From Dromaius novaehollandiae (Eukaryota), in NCBI RefSeq assembly GCF_036370855.1, contig NC_088098.1, positions 199,991,336-200,055,335 of the forward strand: a stretch of 64,000 bases of DNA. Direction: 5' to 3'. Below are positions 12,283 to 24,351 of this stretch, piece after piece (the first letter of the stretch is position 1; every line of letters begins with the position of its first letter). A program made the position numbers and the translations under genes. The notes below the pieces were generated by a model. That model was given only the letters and a program-made list of their open reading frames with translations. It did no database searches and had not been told where the DNA came from.

Positions 12283-13134
12283 CTTAAGCAACAACAAAGC
12301 CATTCAGAAATCACTCGTATACCAAGTAAGCACATTAACAATATTAACCTAGTCAAAATTCATTTCAAGCAAATTCCTTCTGAAAACTATTTTTAAAGGT
12401 GCTCCGAAATGAGCATTCCTCTAACACCAGATGAACAGTAAAAGATCTCTGCTGGAATGCAGAGTCTCTATGAAATTATTAAATTTACTATTTATGTTCT
12501 TAAATACAACATTAACAGAACCAATACTATTTTAGCTGATTTCCCCTTTCAAAAATCAGAAAACTCTGATGGATTCAAATTATCTGCCAACCAGTTTGCT
12601 AATGCATATTTAGGTATTATACATCTAATTATGTAAAAAGTGAGATTCTGTTGGAATATTATACTTAGTGTAAAAAACTATAGCTTATTAGATTTTTTTT
12701 TCTTTCTAAAGCTTGAAAATTGGCAATTCTGCTGAAAAAGAAAAGAAATCTTGAAGTGCACTTTGGGAGTTGAATCTCACAGTAGTTAATCACAAGAATA
12801 TTACTTAATATCCTTCTGTCTGTGTGGCATGTGTTAATAGTTCAATGTTTAGAAATTATTTGAGAATCTTCTGTCAGAAATACAAGACAAATATGTACAT
12901 CTTCTTGATGCTTACGCTGGCAGTAATTTCCTACTTTCACATACAAACCTTAAATGAAAAATAAAGCAAAGTTAATTACTAACAGAGGGAGCAGAACATT
13001 GCTTTAAAAAAAATACTAAAAAAGAAAAGCAAGAAAGTCATGATGATGCACATACTAGGTGGCCTCTGTTGCACAAAGGTACTTGAAGATGAGGCAGCTG
13101 GAAGCCTTTACTGGATCTTGTGCATAGGGTATAC

Positions 13135-13227
13135 TTGCAGCAAAAGGGAATTCAACGAACCACTAGGCGCCTTTGCCCAGAAATGACAGGAGTCTCCACT
13201 GAAGGCATCCCATGGTGGCTTCTTCAG
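13135..13227 (-). CDS. PARP4: candidate PARP4 coding exon (C-terminal region)
   Basis: Acceptor acccag then LKKPPWDAFSGDSCHFWAKAPSGSLNSLLLQ, followed by donor CAA|gtatac. There is weak similarity to human (C)TQHWQDAVPWTELLSLQTEDGFWKLTPELGLILNL. The region is divergent and the frame was chosen by similarity only. Confidence 0.4.
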
Positions 13228-13315
13228 CTGGGTCAGGTAATATTCCCCCAAACCTCCTTCTGTTTATTACTTAGAGATACTTACTGTATTAACCTACAAT
13301 CTGATTGTTGCTCAC

Positions 13316-13442
13316 CTCCTCACTGCGTAGCCCTAATTTGGTGAGCTTTACAAACTGGCAGTTATCAGCTGTGCAAAACTGGGACTTCTCCTTCGACAAA
13401 GGAGCACATCGAAACAGCAAAATTTTGCTTGCTAACATTACC
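13316..13442 (-). CDS. PARP4: candidate PARP4 coding exon (Cys-containing C-terminal segment)
   Basis: Frame reads ...KILLFRCAPLSKEKSQFCTADNCQFVKLTKLGLRSEE, followed by donor GAG|gtgagc at 13316. Human has VLQDSCFLQIKCDTKDDSIPCFLELKEEDE. The 5' boundary (candidate acceptor ccaagcag at about 13443) is uncertain and its hand-measured length is one nt off a multiple of 3, so coordinates are approximate. Confidence 0.3.
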
Positions 13443-14586
13443 TGCTTGGCCCATGCACACATTCATGCTATGGCTTCTACCTGCAGGATTCTTCATCATA
13501 TTGTTTAATTCAGGTTTCCTAACAGCTGATTGGACTATCCACTGCAAGGAAAGTCCTGCTGCAACATCACTCAGTCCAGTCATCTAAAGCCCAGCTACTT
13601 CTTCTTTTCTTGCATAATGTGCATTATTTGCTATCAGTCAGTAATGAAATCTTGTAGATGCATTTCTGAAGTACCTCTCTCCATCTTATTCCTAGCTTCC
13701 ACTAAGTGTTCTTATACTTGCCTCAGGAAGTTCTCAAGCTCCAAACTGATGGAGGCTGTAAGAAGGTTCTGGAGATATATCGCACTACATGTTGGCCCTG
13801 ATTTTCCTTAAGCATCCATTGTTGGGTTGCCAATAAGAGCAACAAAAATTAGCATGACTGATCTCATCATGCACTTTGCAAAATCAGTTTATAAAGCACA
13901 GAAAACAAATGCATTTACAAAATGTTTATCTCAGGACAGGACTTTAATAGTTTTCCTTCTACTCATATCTTATTTTTAAGTAATGCACAAATGGGTACTG
14001 TACCTGATTTTGAAGGTCAAAAATTTCATTCCAGTTTACAGAAGTCAACGATTTTTGTTTAATGATCTCTTTCTGTGCTGTCAAAAAACACTGTACAAAC
14101 AGCGTAAGAAAATTATTTATAAATCTTTATTTGTAAGTTATATTAAACAGCTATATATTATCTATACATTATAAAATACTATATTTATATATTTTAATAA
14201 ATAATAAAATCTAATTCTATCATTACCCATGCAGCTACTACTTCATGATACAAAGTAATTCCCATTTAAAAGCTGCCTATTAAGATTAGTATTTTCCTGT
14301 TAGTAAGGAACAAGTGGCAGAATTCAGACCATACGGTTATCACTTTAAAAAAGAGAACAGCTAAAAAAAGAACCCTAAACAAACAACCCCCTCCTCCCCA
14401 TATTTCAAGTTCAGAATTCTTGAATTGGAAAACACCCTCACTACCAGCCTTTGTGTTCCTTTTCTGGCTGTATATCCATGAATCTTGAAACACAAACATT
14501 TAAGGCACCTCTTAGCTTAACGTAAACTAGGTTTCAGTACAACACGTAGCATCCTCCATATAAAAGACTCCTAATGAAAGACTTAC

Positions 14587-15258
14587 GACATTCTTAACTC
14601 CTTCAGTAAATCCTCTCTCAGAAGCCATAACACCATTCCGAACTACTGCACTTGGTAAACTCCCTGCTAGAGGTGGTGCACTTGGTAATGCTGCTCTTTG
14701 ACAAGCTTGGAAACCAGGCAATCTGGGAGTAACTAGTTTTTCAAAATTATTCTTTTCAGAAGTTGCGCCTAGAGGAGTAGGTGAACCAAACAATCCAGAA
14801 TGCTGTATCTGAGCAACAGGAGCATGACCAAGCTGTCCACAAACTGGAGGAAGACATGGAAGAGGAGAGAGACAGGGAAGTTCAGGAACATCTGCACAAG
14901 TGCCTAACTTTCGAAATGCAGACATCTGACGTGATTTTCTACGAGTGTGAGTGAATCTTGCTTTGGCCTCAGGTTTAGAACCAAATAAGGAACCTTCATC
15001 AGTGTGCAGCAGAGGAAGCTCATCTGGTGAAGATGACCTTGTTCCCAAAGATGTCTCCTTCGTGAAGTCAGTATAAAAACTCAAATTTAATTTGAGACTA
15101 TCAAGTTCAGGAGCCTCTGTAAAGCCTTGTCCCATATATTTTGGCAAGATGCTCTTTTGAGTAACAGAAACAACTTCTTCAGGTTGAAAGCTTTTAGGTT
15201 CATCTCTCCCATTTATAAAAGCATTTGAACAAACACCACCTGCTGGTGCAGAATCTAA
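14587..15258 (-). CDS. PARP4: PARP4 large exon (Pro/Ser-rich linker)
   Basis: Acceptor ccctaaacag then LDSAPAGG...PLPCLPPVCGQLGHAPVAQIQHSGLFGSPTPLG...ERGFTEGVKNV, followed by perfect donor GTC|gtaagt at 14587. Length is 672 nt (224 codons, phase 0 at both ends). It corresponds to the proline-rich region of human PARP4, with low identity. The ORF-track 'M' start is a TTG codon. Confidence 0.65.
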
Positions 15259-16386
15259 CTGTTTAGGGAATTTACAAGGAAACAAAATAATTCTAGAGTT
15301 AGTGCGACATTTTTCTCTTTTTAATCAAAACTGTATTTCTTATATTATGCACAGTATCATTATACTGTCATTCATATATTCAGAAAGAAAGTAAAATACT
15401 TACCAGTTAAACTAAAAAATTCTTATCCCATTCTACTTTACATTGGGCAAATTCAGAGTAAAATTTGACTGACAAAATATGAGCAGGGAGTTATTTTACA
15501 TTATTAACATAAAAATGATGAAAATGACGATCATCAGCATCATGATGATCAGGAGTGAAAGAAGTTCCATTGTACAGTGCTGTCAAGAGCGGTCATAACC
15601 AGCAAACATCCTAGTTCCTTTATTCAACTTTCTCTTATTGCCCTCCCCTGCCTCTTCCTACCTGATCCCTTCAATGTTCTTTGTAATTCGTCCTTTCCCC
15701 AAAGTAAGCCTATCTTTCCATATTTCTTCTACTTTGCACTACATAATCTCAAGGGAGACCGTCCCACTGCACATCAGCAATATTTCCTCTTCTTTCAGTC
15801 ATGCTTACCCCCCATATCCAGTTATCTCTTTCCTCTGGCTGCACCCCTCTGCTACTGCAGGTAAGAGTACATACAGACAGCAAACTACAGGGGATTGCAA
15901 GCTAAGAATAATATGACAGCTGGCATCCCAGTCAGTTTTTAGGTAGCATCAGCAAGAATGGAGCCATAAGCCTACTGCTATCTCCTGATGGTCCTGTGGA
16001 CTGTTGAGAGTAGCTCAATCAGGACAACAAGACTGTTAGAGCATGTCCTCATAACAATGTACTAGTGTAGACAAAGCCTTACATTTGAGAGGTATTAGAG
16101 AGTTTCCATTGGAAGTAAGAAGAGGACTATGTAATCACATTCTCTCTCAAAACCCCTGCTGCAGTCATGATACTTTTTAAAAAGCGTACTTTATTTGGGG
16201 GGAAGAGGGGTATCCTCCAATTTTTACTGTTTATATCAACTTGTGTGAATTAATTACATTCGAAGTAATTAAAAATTGAATGGACTTCATGAACGACTAC
16301 TGAATGTTGTCACGTACAGTACAGCACCACAACTGGATAACATACCAAAAATATTACCAATAAGAACATAAATTAAATGTAGTTAC

Positions 16387-16536
16387 CTGGATGTCAAGGT
16401 CAGATCCTTCAGAAAATAAGAAGCCAGATTCGGTTGACTTTTCCTCCCAGTCCATGTAAGGTAAAAAATCTACATCTTCTTGAGCTATAATTTCCAAGAT
16501 GTTTGGAACATCAGCAGAACAAATTTCATTAGCATC
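16387..16536 (-). CDS. PARP4: PARP4 coding exon
   Basis: Acceptor ttaatttag then DANEICSADVPNILEIIAQEDVDFLPYMDWEEKSTESGFLFSEGSDLDIQ, followed by donor CAG|gtaact. Human has DENESPFPDIPKVSELIAKEDVDFLPYMSWQGE. Confidence 0.8.
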
Positions 16537-18652
16537 CTAAATTAAAACAGATCAAAGTTACTAACTAGAAAACTCTTCAGTTTTTAATTCTTAGATGTGA
16601 ATAGCTGTTATACCAGAAATTTCCTCTTTGTGAGGTGGTGTATTTTTTCCTTTGTAAGTTGGAAATGGGTTGAAAACAAAGTATAAACAGCTGAAGCAGT
16701 ACATTAAAAATACTCAGTGTATGCAAATATACAGTACATGCAACTTTATACTTTTGACTGTACTGAGGGAGAACTTATTGTTGGTAAATAGATTCACATG
16801 AAATAGGAAGGTGGATCTTAATGTCAAGGATACAGACTTGCACATACAATTTGTTCAAATTCTCATCAGTAATACTCAAAATAAAATCTAAATCTTACAC
16901 AGTACTTTTTGTCAGTATCCTATTAGTACACTTTAAAAGAAAGCAAACGTAAGCATTATTATAGTTGTGCTTAAAATACATTGCATTCTGTAAAATCACA
17001 GAAGACGACACATTACACAGCATAATACAGTACCATGCTGAACGGGCCACTTTGGATATTTCTCCGTATCATGTGTAGATTCTTTTGCCCTAAAAACTTT
17101 ACAATGTTTTGTCATATTGTATCATAAAGGTCATCCTAGATTAGAGGTGAGATTACAGCTATTATATTTACGGACATAACTCAAATATAGAAGATCTACA
17201 GAAGTCTGTTCTCTGAGACACATCATATATCTAAGGGGAAAACTAAATTTTCTAAGTAATTTACAAAAACATATCTAAAAATCAGAATGACAAATAATCA
17301 TCTGTTGACAATGGTAAACAACTACTTTATGAACTCACACAAATATTCTCTTGTGCAAGATTTTTATCATTCTGAATATTCCTTGTGGTACATTACAGCT
17401 AGGATATTTAAATCGACTCAGCTAGGTTCCCTTCTTTTCACTAGTGTGAATGCTCTGAAAGTGCCACTGAAATTCACTATTACTAAGCAAGTGCCATGTA
17501 TGTCAATTTTGTAAAAACTGGCAGGTAACTATGGAAGTGATCTTTGCTTTATTTATCCTAGTTGTCTATTATAGCACTCTAAATGTAACATTCGGATACT
17601 GTGATTTAAATTTTTCTTGGAAAGCAATGTTATTCATTAGTTTTTGAGTGGTTATATAGGTAACTGTATCTGAAATAATGACTATAGGTCCCCCTATAGT
17701 CAGTGCTGAGAAAAAGATCTTTCGAGAATCTTTGAGCATCTGAACTCTTTTAGATATCTAACTTCAGGATGAGATGAATCAAGCTCTCGAAACATGTATT
17801 TATTTCCAATAACTATGAAAGGAAGTCAAACATGACTAATTTATTGCTAAACGTACACACATACAGATTTGGACAGATCCCATTGGAATTACCATTCTCT
17901 GTGCCACATTTAATGTTTACTCTAACTGATACCATCTTGCTCATTATGATACTGCTTTCCATTTGAAAACTCTTTTTGCAACCTCTGGAATTTCAAAATT
18001 ATTATTTACACATATTTCTTTCCTTTTGCTGCAAAGCTTATGTTTTTCCTACCACTGTTCTAATGATGAAAACAAAACAAAAAGTTCCACAGTTTACTGC
18101 AGTATTAGAAAAGACATTTTTCAGGTCTTGATTTCCTTGTGACTTCTGCCCTGACACAGGCTTCCTCAGAATGACTTTTGCCAATAACAAAATCCATTTC
18201 TCCAGCAATCCACGACCAGAGTAGCTACTTTGCTATATTTTGGAATCCTTACTTTTTATGAGGAAGAGTTGTTCTGTGGCTCATGCACCAAGGAAGATCA
18301 AAGACTATGGCCTTGCCTTGACCCGTCTGACTTCTACAGTGCTATCAGGAAATATAAACCCCTACGGAAATCACAACTGGAACACACAGATTGGCAAGGT
18401 TTGATTGTAACATGAGAACAAGCAAGATAAGAGATGGAAAAGACATTTCAAAAGGAAAATAACTTGCTGTATTGCAAAAGAAAAAAAACCAAAAAAAACC
18501 ACTGCAAAAATCGTAATTTCAGCTCTATTGTAAAAGAATGAACATTGTTCAGCAAAAGGAAAGACTGGTTTCGATGTTTATATGGTTACAGAATTTAGAA
18601 TCTTTTGAAAGAGAAGCCAGTGGGAACAAGATATTTTAAAGAACACACATAC

Positions 18653-18748
18653 CCTTCTCTCAACTGCAACAAAGCTTGTAAACTGGGTTATAACTGAGTT
18701 CTCCAAGCTGAGACGAATAATCATGTTTTTCAAGATTTGCTTCTTCAT
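18653..18748 (-). CDS. PARP4: PARP4 coding exon
   Basis: Acceptor atctag then MKKQILKNMIIRLSLENSVITQFTSFVAVERR, followed by donor AGG|gtatgt. Human has MKKQTLKSLIIKLSKENSLITQFTSFVAVEKR. Confidence 0.8.
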
Positions 18749-19560
18749 CTAGATTGTTAAATGAAAAAAAAAATACGATCAGCTAAAAGAAACATTGATG
18801 TCAAAACTGAACACATACCTATAAACATATGCACTCTAAACAGGGAGATATAAAAGGAAGAACTTGTGCTGGCTTGCCAAACATTCTACTCCCTCTAACT
18901 TTCCCTGCTCTCTCACTCGGCTTTGCACAGGAACAGGCATTTTCCCTTATCATAGGCTTTTTTTCTGGTTCTACGCTTCTTCCAGTGTAAGAGGAAGCTG
19001 TACTAACAATTCTTATAAGAAGAACTGGTCTAAAGTCTCAAATAAGCTAAGATGGCAAAAAAGTTAATTCTGTAAGTTTTCAGCTAGCTAAAAGCCTATT
19101 TTTAGAGATTATCAGATCCTTAAGGTGATCTGTAAAACAGAGGTCATTATCTTCAACCTTATATAAAAACTGAGAACTCTGGTTGGACTAACACTTTTCA
19201 ATCTTCAAGAAACTAAAATGTTAACATGCCACAGGCAAAGAAGAAGAGCCAACAAAAGCCTGCGATGACAGGGTGCAGATTAGGAAAAATACGCACACAT
19301 TATCCCAATAGAGCACATTCTTATAATGGGAAGGAAGACAGACTGACCCCAATTTCTTCCAAATCATACTTGGCAGGGAAAAAATGTTACTATATGGTAA
19401 ATTTACCCTTAAAATGGTATTGCAACTTTCTAGTTATGTTTAACAAAGCAAAAAAACCCAGAAAACCCAACCAAACAAAAAAGCCACACCTTCTGTATTG
19501 CACTGAACCATTTGCTATTTCACATTTTAAATGTATACTTTTTCTTTCAGATCAACAAAC

Positions 19561-19641
19561 CTCATGTTCTGTTTCATTCTCATGAAGAATCCCATCTTCA
19601 TAGTCTCTAATGAAAGCTCTTGCTGTGAGTTTGTGCAGCAC
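19561..19641 (-). CDS. PARP4: PARP4 coding exon
   Basis: Acceptor ctttctag then VLHKLTARAFIRDYEDGILHENETEHE, followed by donor GAG|gtttgt. Human has MIHKLAARALIRDYEDGILHENETSHE. Confidence 0.8.
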
Positions 19642-19923
19642 CTAGAAAGACAACAAAGGTGATGTTAACAGAGTAGCATTTTTTTTAAATCTTCCTTTTA
19701 TTTACGAGGTCTAGCCTCATGCAGTTAGCTTCTATATTTACACAGCATCTCATTTTCTAAGTGTCAAGCTACATTTTCCATTTATAAAACAATCACGACC
19801 TGCACCTAAGGTCATTTTAATTTACTTAACTTTAGCTAACTAAAAGATACTCACGTCTTCACTTGTGCAGATTTTCTCTAGAGCCAAGGGATAGATAGAG
19901 ATGGAGGAAACCAACCAACCACC

Positions 19924-19946
19924 AAAAAAAAAAAAAAAAAAAAAAA
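19924..19946. repeat. poly(A) tract (about 23 nt)
   Basis: The mononucleotide run is followed by a C-rich stretch. It could be the tail of a retroposed element, but this was not resolved. Confidence 0.6.
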
Positions 19947-20123
19947 TCCCCGAACAAAAAAACCCCCACCTGCCCACAACCCTCTACCAGGCAATTCAGC
20001 CCATCTAAGTCTGAGCTGCTGAAAACAGGGATACTCGATCCTTTCAGAAATGCACAGAAGTATGCAGTAGTTTAAAGCAGCTTGTCTCAATATGGCATGT
20101 AAAATAATGCTGGCCAAACTCAC

Positions 20124-20204
20124 TGTTCCTGTCGTCTTCTGTAGTTCAGTAGTTGACACCATTGTTTGTAGTTCTTGGTCATTTATTACTGTGCTTAAAG
20201 TGGC
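20124..20204 (-). CDS. PARP4: PARP4 coding exon
   Basis: Acceptor cttttag then ATLSTVINDQELQTMVSTTELQKTTGT, followed by donor ACA|gtgagt. Human has ATLCALIQEKEFCTMVSTTELQKTTGT. Confidence 0.8.
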
Positions 20205-20438
20205 CTAAAAGGGGGGGAACAAAAAATAACAAAAAACCCCCCACATTGTTTCCTTCTCTCTCCCCTCCTACCCCCACTCTGCATTATTAGCACATATGCA
20301 TGTTATTCTGTTTCCAAAAAGGTGACTATAACTCAAATCTGTGAGTCTCTGGATGTCTAGGTTTAAAAACATTTTCCTTTAGGGCAAGGGGACAGTCACA
20401 AATAAAGGAATCCTGTATTTACCAAAGCACAAATGGAC

Positions 20439-20487
20439 ATTGATATATCTGATATATTGATAATGATCACATATTGAAGATATTCCT
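20439..20487. repeat. AT-rich local duplicated segment, copy 1
   Basis: attgatatatctgatatattgataatgatcacatattgaagatattcc is about 85% identical to the segment at 22018-22070. Confidence 0.6.
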
Positions 20488-20655
20488 CCTCTAGTGAGGA
20501 CCAATAATGGCATTTAAACAGTTACTTAATTAGATTTAGCAATTAAAAGAAGTAAGCCCCCGTAAACGGTACTTAATATAATTTAAGCGGTCTTTTGCAA
20601 TCTTTTTATATGCAAATTTCTATCCAGTTAAGTGAATGTGTACCCCAGTCTTTAC

Positions 20656-20826
20656 CTGAGTACAGTGAGGGATGAATCCATAGACAAGAAGCCTCTCATT
20701 GTTAAATAAAGACTGTATTTGAGCAGGAGCCTGCATTGGCTCTGGTGCATTTTTATCAAACTGTTGCCATTTAATAGAAACAGAACTGCATCCTGGAGAA
20801 AATATTCTAGATACCTGGCTCTGTAT
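20656..20826 (-). CDS. PARP4: PARP4 coding exon
   Basis: Acceptor ctttacacag then IQSQVSRIFSPGCSSVSIKWQQFDKNAPEPMQAPAQIQSLFNNERLLVYGFIPHCTQ, followed by donor CAG|gtaaag. Human has IEDQMTRLCSPSCHSVSVKWQQLNPDAPEALQAPAQVPSLFRNDRLLVYGFIPHCTQ. Confidence 0.85.
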
Positions 20827-22003
20827 CTGTGTAAAGACACAAAACAAATTAACTCAGCTTGTTACTAAGCTTTCAAAAGAAAACAATCTTTCATTACACA
20901 AATAATGTATTTTGCTATGTGAATGGAACTATTTTTTTTCTCTTTTTTCTTGCAAGTAAAACAAACCAGATATCTAACGTTTGGAAGTAATTCACTCAGC
21001 CATTATTGCACTGGCTTCTGAAATAACAAGATTCCTTTTAAGTGAAAGCTGAAACTTGAAATAAAGGGTATTCATCAGGCCTGCCAAGCAGGCTAGGGAA
21101 TAGGGCATACCATACAGCACCATCTCCTAAGTGTGAACTCAGATACGTGAACAGTACTGCACATCTCCACAGCCTGCTCTGGCTAGTTCTGCATACATCA
21201 CTCAAATGACAGCCAGAATAGGAAGAGGGAAAAATCTATGCTCTCATCCTTCCCCCTAGCCAAAAACGAATCTACAGGACAGATACCAGCCCACTGCTGC
21301 TCATTCTCTACTGACATTCAGACTCAATGCACGACGTAGAGCTGTTGAACTATACAGAGAGCCTGAAAAGCATTACGCATGGGGTCCTGGATTATTTGAA
21401 AATCACAGATGCATCAAAAGTTAACCATCAGAAGTTACAGAATACAATTGCTATAGGCTTCATCACTATAACAAGGGCAATGTTGTAGATGGACTGTGAG
21501 CCATGACCGAAGTGAAGCACTATTTTTCCATTCAGGTACAATTTATATATAATATATTTTAACAGTTCACAGTCTTTTTCCAAGTTGGTGTTACCACACT
21601 AATCAAGAGAAGTACAGGAGATCTCTCATTAAGAATAGAAAAATAAAATAAGTCATGGCTTCCTTGCTTTAACACACTTAGTGCCCATTCTGAATGAGAA
21701 GGTGGGGCAACTGCAGTGGCAAATTCCCTGCCTTATCACAGAACCGAGGGTGTTCTACAGCTCTCATATCCCTTCTTAGCAACATGTGTTTCTGCTGAAA
21801 ACAAGGAACAAACTTGAGACCTTATTAATACTCAGGCTAAATATTTCCCATTCTCACTTCAGATGCATTTACATTTAAAATAAAACTTAAAGACAAGCAT
21901 CTTTCTTTCCACCTTCTATCAAATGCATCTTCTTAAATTATGTTAATGCAATACCAAAACCATATGATCCCATGAAAAGCAGTAATTCCCATTTTGGGTT
22001 TTT

Positions 22004-22072
22004 GAAGATATTCCGTATCAGATATTGATATATCTCATATATTGATAACAATTACATATTGAATATATTCAG
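22004..22072. repeat. AT-rich local duplicated segment, copy 2 (about 1.3 units)
   Basis: gaagatattccgtatcagatattgatatatctcatatattgataacaattacatattgaatatattc has the same orientation as copy 1. It ends 16 nt before the donor of the PARP4 exon at 22088. Confidence 0.6.
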
Positions 22073-22087
22073 GATTTATAAATGTAC

Positions 22088-22187
22088 CTTTTCCTCCCAG
22101 TTATACTTTGATTTCGGGTCAAAGTATTCAAATGCTCCAGCACCATACTGGGACAAAGATCTCAGCATATGACGATTTGCTGTGGAA
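22088..22187 (-). CDS. PARP4: PARP4 coding exon (vWA C-terminal part)
   Basis: Acceptor tgtgttgttag then (G)STANRHMLRSLSQYGAGAFEYFDPKSKYNWEEK, followed by donor AAG|gtacat. Human has STANRHVLRILSQCGAGVFEYFNAKSKHSWRKQ. Phase 2 in, phase 0 out. Confidence 0.8.
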
Positions 22188-23999
22188 CTAACAACACAAA
22201 AAATTTTCTTCATGCAGTTACTGAATTAAATTTGTCATCTGATACCATTTCCAAATATTTTACTTTTGAACTTTCTAAATTCCATCCCCTTTTCAGGATA
22301 CAGACCAAGCAAAAGCAACTGGGCCAATGAATTGGCCTGCTGTGTTACTGATTTCCTAACAACATTTGAGGGAATTACACGGCATAAGAGTTTTTATATG
22401 GCATAGCAGAGTTGTGCAGATAAATTAACTTAGGTTCAGACACCTATAAGGCTGCATCGACATGATTCTAATCTTGAATTAATTAACCTCAATCTCAGCA
22501 GAACTATTTAGTGAGAACATAGTTAAGTCCAGTGTCAACTAGAGAATGTTACTGTCTGGGCAATACGGATATAAGCGTTATCATATCAGTTATTAGCCTG
22601 ATAGAACAGTAGGCTCTGCTCACTAACAGTCTGACCACTATCAAACTATTTGGGGGGGGGGTATAAAGACAAATGAGAGTTTTACAGAGGATTTAAAGGA
22701 GAACAATTAAGCAGATGAGAATTCTTGTGGGTGAGAAACAACCCAGTACACCTCAAATCTTTCTCAAACAGGTAACGGATGTACTCCTGGCAAGGGTCAC
22801 ACTACTGTCTTAGCGAAACCTTGGGAAACTCTCCCCACTAAAATCCCTCAAGGCAAAATAAATACAATGCAATTGTATTTATTCTAAGAACACATAACGT
22901 CCCAGGCTAAAAAGGTTTACTGCCCTCTTAAAAATCTTTTTCCAGATTTTGCTGCTTTGTACAACACTGTAAAGTGCAAGTCTTGCACTATTTAAAGATT
23001 TTTTTTTCATTTACCCACAAAGAATTATTACAGATAAAACAGAATTTCAGTGAGGTTTTACCTGTTCCTCTGATCTTCAAGGAGAAGTCATAGTAACACA
23101 GATAACATCTTATACCCATATACCAGAGTTACCCATATAGTAGAGTTTATATCAGATGTTCCCAGACTTCATTCCCTCTAATACTGCCATCACAGTGGCA
23201 GCTGCTCCTGCTCCCCCTCTCTGGGCAGGCAGTGCACATGTAAAGCAGAAATCATGCTTCCCTTCTGCTGTCTCCACTTGAGAGGAAAAAGTGTGAAGTT
23301 GGCTGTTCAAGAAGGTATTGACTGTACAACAGTCACACCCTGTCTTGCCTGGTGAAAAGCAAAGACTGTTTGGAGGTAGAAGAGGTACTTCATTTTGAAG
23401 TAGGCTGTATTCTAGTAGTGACACATATACCACAGGTTTGGGAATCTCTACAGATATCTAGTGCTTACATTGGTAAGCTATTGTCATTTCTCTTTAAATC
23501 ATTACCTTACAAAACAAATATAGAATTGTATAATTTTATAATTTAATTTGTCATTATAGTAAAATTAAGATATAATTATTACAATAAATATCATAAATTT
23601 ATATTATGCAACTATCTTAATGTTATACTGAAATTGTACTTTTAAAATAAGACTATCCCAAAACATGAAATTCAAAGTTCTAAAATACTTACTCAGATAC
23701 TTTCCAATTATATTCTTTAAAAAGTAAAGTTGTTATCATAAAGAAAGATATGAGTAGGTAAGACTACTTCCGCACAAAATTGACTTTAATGTAGGCATCT
23801 TTCCTTTGAAATACCTAATGTATTTTTCGTTTCAGTTATAAAATGTATACAAACATTTCTGCATTTAATCTAAGCATACATGTATATTTAATACAGCATA
23901 CACTGGCATCTGACAGTTCTCAACTCATTAACCTCTTGCTCCAAATAAATTATCAGTGATTTTAAACACAACGCAATTGCCAGCTAACTTTGTACTTAC

Positions 24000-24187
24000 C
24001 CAACCCCACAAGTAAATAACCTGGTATGTTGGACATTATCTTTCACAATCTGGAAGGTCACACTCTCATTCTGAATGTGTCCATCAGATATAACAAGAAT
24101 GTTACGTTGCCCTTGAGAAGGAAAAAGCAGACTAAAGTAACGTAAGGCCTTCCATAACTCAGTGTTTCCCAATGTTGCAGTGGCAGA
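24000..24187 (-). CDS. PARP4: PARP4 coding exon (vWA domain)
   Basis: Acceptor catttcag then SATATLGNTELWKALRYFSLLFPSQGQRNILVISDGHIQNESVTFQIVKDNVQHTRLFTCGVG, followed by donor GG|gtaagt. Human has SATPTMGNTDFWKTLRYLSLLYPARGSRNILLVSDGHLQDESLTLQLVKRSRPHTRLFACGIG. Confidence 0.85.
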
Positions 24188-24329
24188 CTGAAATGTAAAG
24201 TAATACAATTTTAGTCTGAACTTCATTACCTTTTCTAAAAAATCATATAACGCATAATTTAATCTTTGTTTTCTGGTTTCCAAATACAAATGATTAAATA
24301 ATTCTTAAATTTTATTCTCTTCCTGCTCT

Positions 24330-24351
24330 TTTATTATTATTATTATTATTA
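24330..24351. repeat. (TTA)7 microsatellite
   Basis: ttattattattattattatt lies just downstream of the PARP4 exon acceptor at 24187, in the intron. Confidence 0.8.

Noticed and set aside
13260-13315. A 56-nt intron (gtgagc...aaacag) joining LRSEE to the next exon
   Set aside because: It is too short for a typical vertebrate intron and creates an in-frame TGA after 9 codons. The 88-nt alternative to acccag was preferred, though it is still uncertain.
19226-19585. 119-codon plus-strand ORF (MPQAKKKSQQKPAMTG...)
   Set aside because: It is Lys-rich and low-complexity with no homology signal. It lies inside a PARP4 intron on the opposite strand, partly overlapping the antisense of exon 19561-19641, and it begins at a non-ATG codon. 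It is most likely chance.
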